Notes under the pieces: model-generated | The model's input: only the letters and a program-made list of their open reading frames with translations | The model's database searches: none | What the model was told of the DNA's origin: nothing | Made by a program: the position numbers and the translations under genes | Origin: a candidate division TM6 bacterium GW2011_GWF2_32_72 | GTDB taxonomy: Bacteria > Babelota > Babeliae > Babelales > CAIQNR01 | DNA: 64,000 nucleotides | Assembly: GCA_945882015.1 (NCBI GenBank) | Contig: CAMCVM010000001.1 | Span: 76,763-140,762, forward strand | Reading direction: 5' to 3' | Part shown: piece by piece, positions 60,050 through 64,000 of the stretch | Numbering within the stretch: the stretch's first letter is position 1 | How the letters are laid out: each line of letters opens with the position of its first letter

Positions 60050-61207
60050 ATGAAACAAAGAATTGGTAAATACAGTACTCAAAAAGTAAATGGGCAAACC
60101 TACAAAGCTTATATCCCCGCTGCGCTTCCCCCTCAGCCTGCTCTTGACCTTACTTATTTATTTCCTCATCTAGAAAAAGCAACCTTACAACTTGCTCAAT
60201 TAAATAATGCGAGCAAAACAGTTCCCAATCCTTCACTTTTTATTTACATGTACGTCAGAAAAGAAGCATTACTTTCAAGTCAAATTGAAGGAACTCAAAG
60301 TTCTTTTTCTGATCTTATACTGTTTGAACATGACCAAAAAACAGAAATCGCTTTAGAAGATGTTGAAGAAGTATCAAATTATGTTAAAGCCATTAACTAT
60401 GGACTGCAGCGATTAAAAGATGGTTTTCCCCTTTCTTTAAGACTTTTAAAAGAAATTCATAACATATTACTTTCTGGAAGCCGTGGTTCAGAAAAACATC
60501 CTGGTCAATTAAGACGAACACAAAATTGGATTGGGGGAACACAACCGAGTAATGCTCTTTTTGTACCACCTGCGATAGAACACCTTAATCAATGCTTAGA
60601 TGATTTTGAAAAATTTTTACACGACACAAGCTTGCCTACTTTAATTAAATCAGGGCTTGCTCATGTGCAATTTGAAACTATCCATCCCTTTTTAGATGGC
60701 AATGGAAGACTCGGAAGATTATTAATTACTTTACTCCTAGTTTCTGAAAATATTCTTGATGAACCTATTTTATATCTAAGTCTTTATTTAAAACAGAATC
60801 GCCAAAATTACTATAATTTACTACAAGAGGTACGAACTGAAGGGACATGGGAAACATGGCTAGAATTTTTCTTAGAAGGCATTTGTATCACTGCTCAACA
60901 AGCAACTGATACTATTAATCAAATTAATAATCTGTTTAAGCACGATGCTGGTAAAATTGAAACATTAGGCCGTGCAAAGTTTTCTTGCCACCAAATATTT
61001 GAGTTTATGAAAAAACTACCACAAGTGACAGTTTCATTATTAGCGCAAGAATTAGATATGACAGCACCAACAGCAAGAACCGCACTTAACCACATGGTTA
61101 ACATTGGAATTATTAAAGAAATAAGCAATAAGCAACGTGATAAAATTTATATTTATAAAAAATACTTAGATATTCTTGAAGATGGAACAAAGCCTTTAAA
61201 AGCTTGA
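60050..61207 (+). CDS. Fic-domain protein (AMPylase-type), class II with N-terminal inhibitory helix and C-terminal wHTH-like region
   Basis: HPFLDGNGR at 60683-60709; inhibitory motif S-S-Q-I-E-G at 60275-60292; length and layout resemble SoFic-type proteins. Confidence 0.85.
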   Translation: MKQRIGKYSTQKVNGQTYKAYIPAALPPQPALDLTYLFPHLEKATLQLAQLNNASKTVPNPSLFIYMYVRKEALLSSQIEGTQSSFSDLILFEHDQKTEIALEDVEEVSNYVKAINYGLQRLKDGFPLSLRLLKEIHNILLSGSRGSEKHPGQLRRTQNWIGGTQPSNALFVPPAIEHLNQCLDDFEKFLHDTSLPTLIKSGLAHVQFETIHPFLDGNGRLGRLLITLLLVSENILDEPILYLSLYLKQNRQNYYNLLQEVRTEGTWETWLEFFLEGICITAQQATDTINQINNLFKHDAGKIETLGRAKFSCHQIFEFMKKLPQVTVSLLAQELDMTAPTARTALNHMVNIGIIKEISNKQRDKIYIYKKYLDILEDGTKPLKA

Positions 61208-61226
61208 AGATATCGGGAACAGAAAA

Positions 61227-61318
61227 TGGTGGAGAGGAAGGGATTCGAACCCTCGATCCAGGTTTCCCCAGAAACTTGCTTAGCAGGCAAGCGCTTTCGT
61301 CCACTCAGCCACCTCTCC
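61227..61318 (-). tRNA. tRNA-Ser (anticodon GCU), CCA encoded
   Basis: Reverse complement GGAGAGGTGGCTGAGTGGACGAAAGCGCTTGCCTGCTAAGCAAG + long variable arm + GAGGGTTCGAATCCCTT CCTCTCCACCA. Confidence 0.9.
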
Positions 61319-61425
61319 GAAATTTGTGTATTCTTATAAAAATTTCAAAATTTTAAGTAAGATGATTTAAAGGATACGTCATTAGCAAGTTTATGCAAGT
61401 TTTTATAGAATAAAAAAGGATTGTT

Positions 61426-61719
61426 ATGGCTCTTACGCTTTCAATAAAAGTAGTACCCAGCTCAGGAAAATCAGCCTGGCAACGGGACAAGCAAGGGCGG
61501 CTAAAATGTTTTTTAAAAGCAGCCCCGGAAAAAGGAGCTGCTAACCAAGAACTTATTAAAACATTGGCCAAGTTGCTTGGTGTAACGCAACAAACCATAG
61601 AAATTATTGCAGGGCTGACTGAAAAAAATAAGCTTATTAAAATTCATAGCGCTATCACAGAAGCTCAATTTTTAGAGAAAGTTGGTATTGAAGGTACGCA
61701 ACTTAAGTTATTACCCTGA
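61426..61719 (+). CDS. DUF167 (YggU-like) protein
   Basis: LSIKVVPSSGKSAW...LKCFLKAAPEKGAANQELIKTLAKLLGV...IEIIAGLTEKNKLIKI. Confidence 0.65.
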   Translation: MALTLSIKVVPSSGKSAWQRDKQGRLKCFLKAAPEKGAANQELIKTLAKLLGVTQQTIEIIAGLTEKNKLIKIHSAITEAQFLEKVGIEGTQLKLLP

Positions 61720-61750
61720 ATTATAACGCGTTGAAAAAACGCAACTTAAG

Positions 61751-61779
61751 TTGACCAAAGAGCATTTTCGCTTTATTAT
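61751..61779 (+). promoter_or_regulatory. Candidate promoter for the tRNA-Leu/tRNA-Ser pair
   Basis: TTGACC (61751-61756), 17 nt, TATTAT (61774-61779), 27 nt before tRNA-Leu. Confidence 0.45.
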
Positions 61780-61805
61780 TTATTACACATTATTGTTTAA
61801 ATAAT

Positions 61806-61892
61806 GCCGAGATGGCGAAATTGGTAGACGCACGGGACTCAAAATCCCGCGGTAGCAATACTGTGCCGGTTCAAGTCCGGCTCTCGGCACCA
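61806..61892 (+). tRNA. tRNA-Leu (anticodon CAA), CCA encoded
   Basis: GCCGAGATGGCGAAATTGGTAGACGCACGGGACTCAAAATCCCG + variable arm + CCGGTTCAAGTCCGG CTCTCGGCACCA. Confidence 0.9.
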
Positions 61893-61954
61893 AATTTAAG
61901 TTGATGTTTTTAAGCAAACGCAGTATTATTGAAATTCTTGAAATTAATAAGTCT

Positions 61955-62042
61955 GGAGAGATGGCAGAGTGGTCGATTGCGACGGTCTTGAAAACCGTTA
62001 TCCGTTAATAGCGGATCGTGGGTTCGAATCCCACTCTCTCCT
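61955..62042 (+). tRNA. tRNA-Ser (anticodon UGA), CCA not encoded
   Basis: GGAGAGATGGCAGAGTGGTCGATTGCGACGGTCTTGAAAACCGT + variable arm + GTGGGTTCGAATCCCAC TCTCTCC, followed by a T-run. Confidence 0.9.
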
Positions 62043-62070
62043 TTTTTTATTATTCATTATCTTTATGTAA

Positions 62071-62229
62071 TTATTTTAAATTTTCGTCTTTAGGTCCTGG
62101 CCAGAAAAATGGGTTATATGCAACTCCCCATAAATGACCATCAAGATCTGCGAACTATCAAGAAAATCCTGCCCCATTCAGTTTTTGTCCTGATTTTTTA
62201 AGAGCAAACGCAGCTCTAAACTCCCTTGA
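62071..62229 (-). pseudogene. Relic of a VOC/glyoxalase-family gene (C-terminal ~50 codons, tandem in-frame stops)
   Basis: Hand translation: SREFRAAFALKKSGQKLNGAGFS**FADLDGHLWGVAYNPFFWPGPKDENLK*. The F-x-D-x-DGH-x-W-x-x-x-x-NP end is typical of VOC proteins; TGA TAG sits at 62158-62153; no N-terminal half is present. Confidence 0.5.
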
Positions 62230-62254
62230 CTAATTTAGTAAACTTGTATACAAT
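62226..62254 (+). promoter_or_regulatory. Candidate promoter of the SRPBCC-marR operon
   Basis: TTGACT (62226-62231), 17 nt, TACAAT (62249-62254), 33 nt before ATG 62288. Confidence 0.45.
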
Positions 62255-62287
62255 ATATGAATATACTAATTACAATAAGGAACTATT

Positions 62288-62710
62288 ATGTGGAAAAGAG
62301 TTCATAGTAAAACGTTTACTGGAGTTAAAAAAGAAACCGTTTGGAAGATTTTAACCGATATCAATAATTGGCACCAATGGCATCACGATCTGGAGTATTG
62401 CAAACTAGAAGGCCCATTTGAAGTTGGTAACCATTTTATGTTAAAACCAAAAACGATGTCTGCAGTAAAAATTATGTTAACGGAAATTAATCATGGTTCA
62501 AGCTTTACTGATTGCACAACTTTTTTTGGTGCAAAAATGTATGACACGCATGCTTTAGAGCAAACACCTGAAGGACTAAAACTAACCAATACGTTAGTTG
62601 TCACTGGACCTTTACGCTGGTTATGGATTAAACTAGTTGCACAACAGGTAGCAGATGGTATTGCTGATGAAACAGAAAACCTCATAGCCCTTGCTCGAAA
62701 GCACACATGA
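62288..62710 (+). CDS. SRPBCC (START/Bet v1-like, polyketide-cyclase-type) family protein
   Basis: 140 aa; MWKRVHSKTFTGVKKETVWKILTDINNWHQWH... is a typical SRPBCC N-terminus (W-x-x-W-P/H-x-W); ATGA overlap with marR. Confidence 0.55.
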   Translation: MWKRVHSKTFTGVKKETVWKILTDINNWHQWHHDLEYCKLEGPFEVGNHFMLKPKTMSAVKIMLTEINHGSSFTDCTTFFGAKMYDTHALEQTPEGLKLTNTLVVTGPLRWLWIKLVAQQVADGIADETENLIALARKHT

Positions 62711-63165
62711 AAAACTCTCCCTTTAGCGTTGACACTGCAGAACAAAGCGCTGGCTTACTTTTATGGCAAACAACAACATTATGGCAGCGTTTAATTAAAA
62801 AAGCTTTAGAAGAATATTCAATTCCTCATTCACAATTCGTGATTATGGCAACGCTCTTGTGGTTTGAAAAACAAAACTATGAGACTACCCAGATTGCAAT
62901 TGCAGACTGGACCAAACTTGATAAAATGACCGTCTCAAAATCGTTAAAACAACTTATTCAATTAAATCTAGTTAAAAGAAAAGAACATACCAGAGATACG
63001 CGCGCAAAAACTATTTCTTTAACCGCAAAAGGTAAAACATTAATTATTCAACTTATCCCGATTGTTGAAGAAATAGATGCTCAATTTTTTAGAGCAATTC
63101 CAGTAAAACAACACAATATTTTTCTCACATTTTTAAACAAACTCATAAAAGTTCATACCATTTAA
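62707..63165 (+). CDS. MarR-family transcriptional regulator
   Basis: SQFVIMATLLWFEKQNYETTQIAIADWTKLDKMTVSKSLKQLIQLNLVKRKEHTRDTRAKTISLTAKGK (wHTH plus wing). Confidence 0.75.
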   Translation: MKNSPFSVDTAEQSAGLLLWQTTTLWQRLIKKALEEYSIPHSQFVIMATLLWFEKQNYETTQIAIADWTKLDKMTVSKSLKQLIQLNLVKRKEHTRDTRAKTISLTAKGKTLIIQLIPIVEEIDAQFFRAIPVKQHNIFLTFLNKLIKVHTI

Positions 63166-63206
63166 GCTCGCTGAAGTTTTAAATTTATCAAAAAAGCTTT
63201 TATACA

Positions 63207-63234
63207 TTGACTCAATCTATTTTCTGGCTACAAT
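63207..63234 (+). promoter_or_regulatory. Candidate promoter of the right-edge secreted-protein gene
   Basis: TTGACT (63207-63212), 16 nt, TACAAT (63229-63234), 45 nt before ATG 63280. Confidence 0.45.
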
Positions 63235-63279
63235 CAGATGCACTTTGATAACAATTACTATTACTACAAGGAGTTTCTT

Positions 63280-64000
63280 ATGAAACAGTTTTACGTATTA
63301 ACGCTTGCCCTTTTATTGACAGGTAGCGGAATAATTCATGGTGCAAGTGCAATGACTGATGAAGAAGAATCATTAATGAAGAAAGCACAAGAAATGGCCG
63401 AAGAACTTGGCCGTCCCGACTGGATCCGTGGAATATTTACTGCATTAGACAAGACTAAAACTAAGCCAGCAAAAGATTCCGCTAAAGAAGAGGAGTATCT
63501 AAATTTTTCTAGAGTTCTCATGGTTTTTCATAATTTGATTAAAGACAAAACTCCAACTACTGATTTAAAAAAAGATGACCTTAAAGAGCTATCCTCAAAA
63601 ATATCTGAAGAAGATTTTCAACAATGGGTAAAAGCGCAGGAAAAAGCAAAAGAAAAATCTTTATTACAGGAAGAAGCAAAGAAAGAATCTTTATTAACAG
63701 GGTTACCAGAAGAATTAATTCTAGAAGTAAGATCATGTAAAGATCTTTCAGGACTTCAAACTTTAGATATCCCTAGTGATTTTAAATTGCAAAACACTGA
63801 TGTTTGTCAGAGGCTTTCTGATCAAGGTGATACTCTTTTTAACGCTGAACAATTTTCTGTACTGTATAAACAAGCACTTTTTGCGTTAACTTATCAAGCA
63901 CCAACCGATCCTAGAGAAGCTGATCCTGTAGCATTAGCAAATCAATTAAGAGGATTATCATTTAATATAACAGTTAATCAAGCACTAAAAGGACAAGTCC
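63280..64000 (+). CDS. Secreted hypothetical protein with F-box-like motif, 5' part (runs off the right window edge)
   Basis: AAGGAG RBS; MKQFYVLTLALLLTGSGIIHGASA signal; frame hand-checked open to 64000; absent from ORF track (no stop in window). Confidence 0.6.
   Translation, partial: MKQFYVLTLALLLTGSGIIHGASAMTDEEESLMKKAQEMAEELGRPDWIRGIFTALDKTKTKPAKDSAKEEEYLNFSRVLMVFHNLIKDKTPTTDLKKDDLKELSSKISEEDFQQWVKAQEKAKEKSLLQEEAKKESLLTGLPEELILEVRSCKDLSGLQTLDIPSDFKLQNTDVCQRLSDQGDTLFNAEQFSVLYKQALFALTYQAPTDPREADPVALANQLRGLSFNITVNQALKGQV

Noticed and set aside
61113-61598. ORFs 61113-61304 (-) and 61353-61598 (-)
   Set aside because: The first runs through tRNA-Ser(GCU) and the second is antisense to the DUF167 gene.
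62491-62745. 84-aa minus-strand ORF
   Set aside because: It is antisense to the SRPBCC/marR junction and has no RBS.
63336-63521. 61-aa minus-strand ORF
   Set aside because: It is antisense to the longer signal-peptide ORF starting at 63280, which has a strong AAGGAG RBS and a promoter.

Overview
AT-rich bacterial chromosome segment (G+C judged by eye at roughly one third, not computed), densely coding and dominated by core information-processing genes. The main loci are rpsP-trmD-rplS, hflX, a UvrD/PcrA helicase, trpS, a cdaA-like/ybbR/glmM operon and a DEAD-box helicase. They continue with holA, rph, pnp-rpsO, the tRNA/rpmG/secE-nusG-rplKAJL-rpoBC block, tsaE, atpG, murA, tdk and radA. There is also a complete rrn operon on the minus strand (16S, tRNA-Ile, tRNA-Ala, 23S, two tandem 5S), followed by gmk, prfB, pgi, a HIT protein and a Fic protein. 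I found 12 tRNA genes, one unlisted small ribosomal gene (rpmG) and two edge-truncated CDS missing from the ORF track. About a quarter of the CDS are lineage-specific ORFans with N-terminal signal peptides. These include coiled-coil, ankyrin, WD40-like and F-box-like proteins, and a tandem family of small basic proteins. Operon erosion is also visible: no rimM, no tuf, an orphan atpG and a VOC gene relic. By inference only, this suggests a reduced-genome, host-associated (possibly protist-associated, Dependentiae/TM6-like) bacterium; a 16S search would decide. No transposase, integrase, CRISPR array or recognisable defence system was seen. The most unusual items are: a Cys-rich (zinc-ribbon-like) insertion in RpoB; a CdaA homolog lacking the DGA/RHR catalytic motifs but kept in cdaA-cdaR-glmM synteny; a TrmD fused to a second SPOUT domain; the tandem small secreted basic proteins; an 8-copy SEGGF(R/K)KR repeat tail on the DEAD-box helicase; and a Fic gene with a triple-repeat operator overlapping its promoter.
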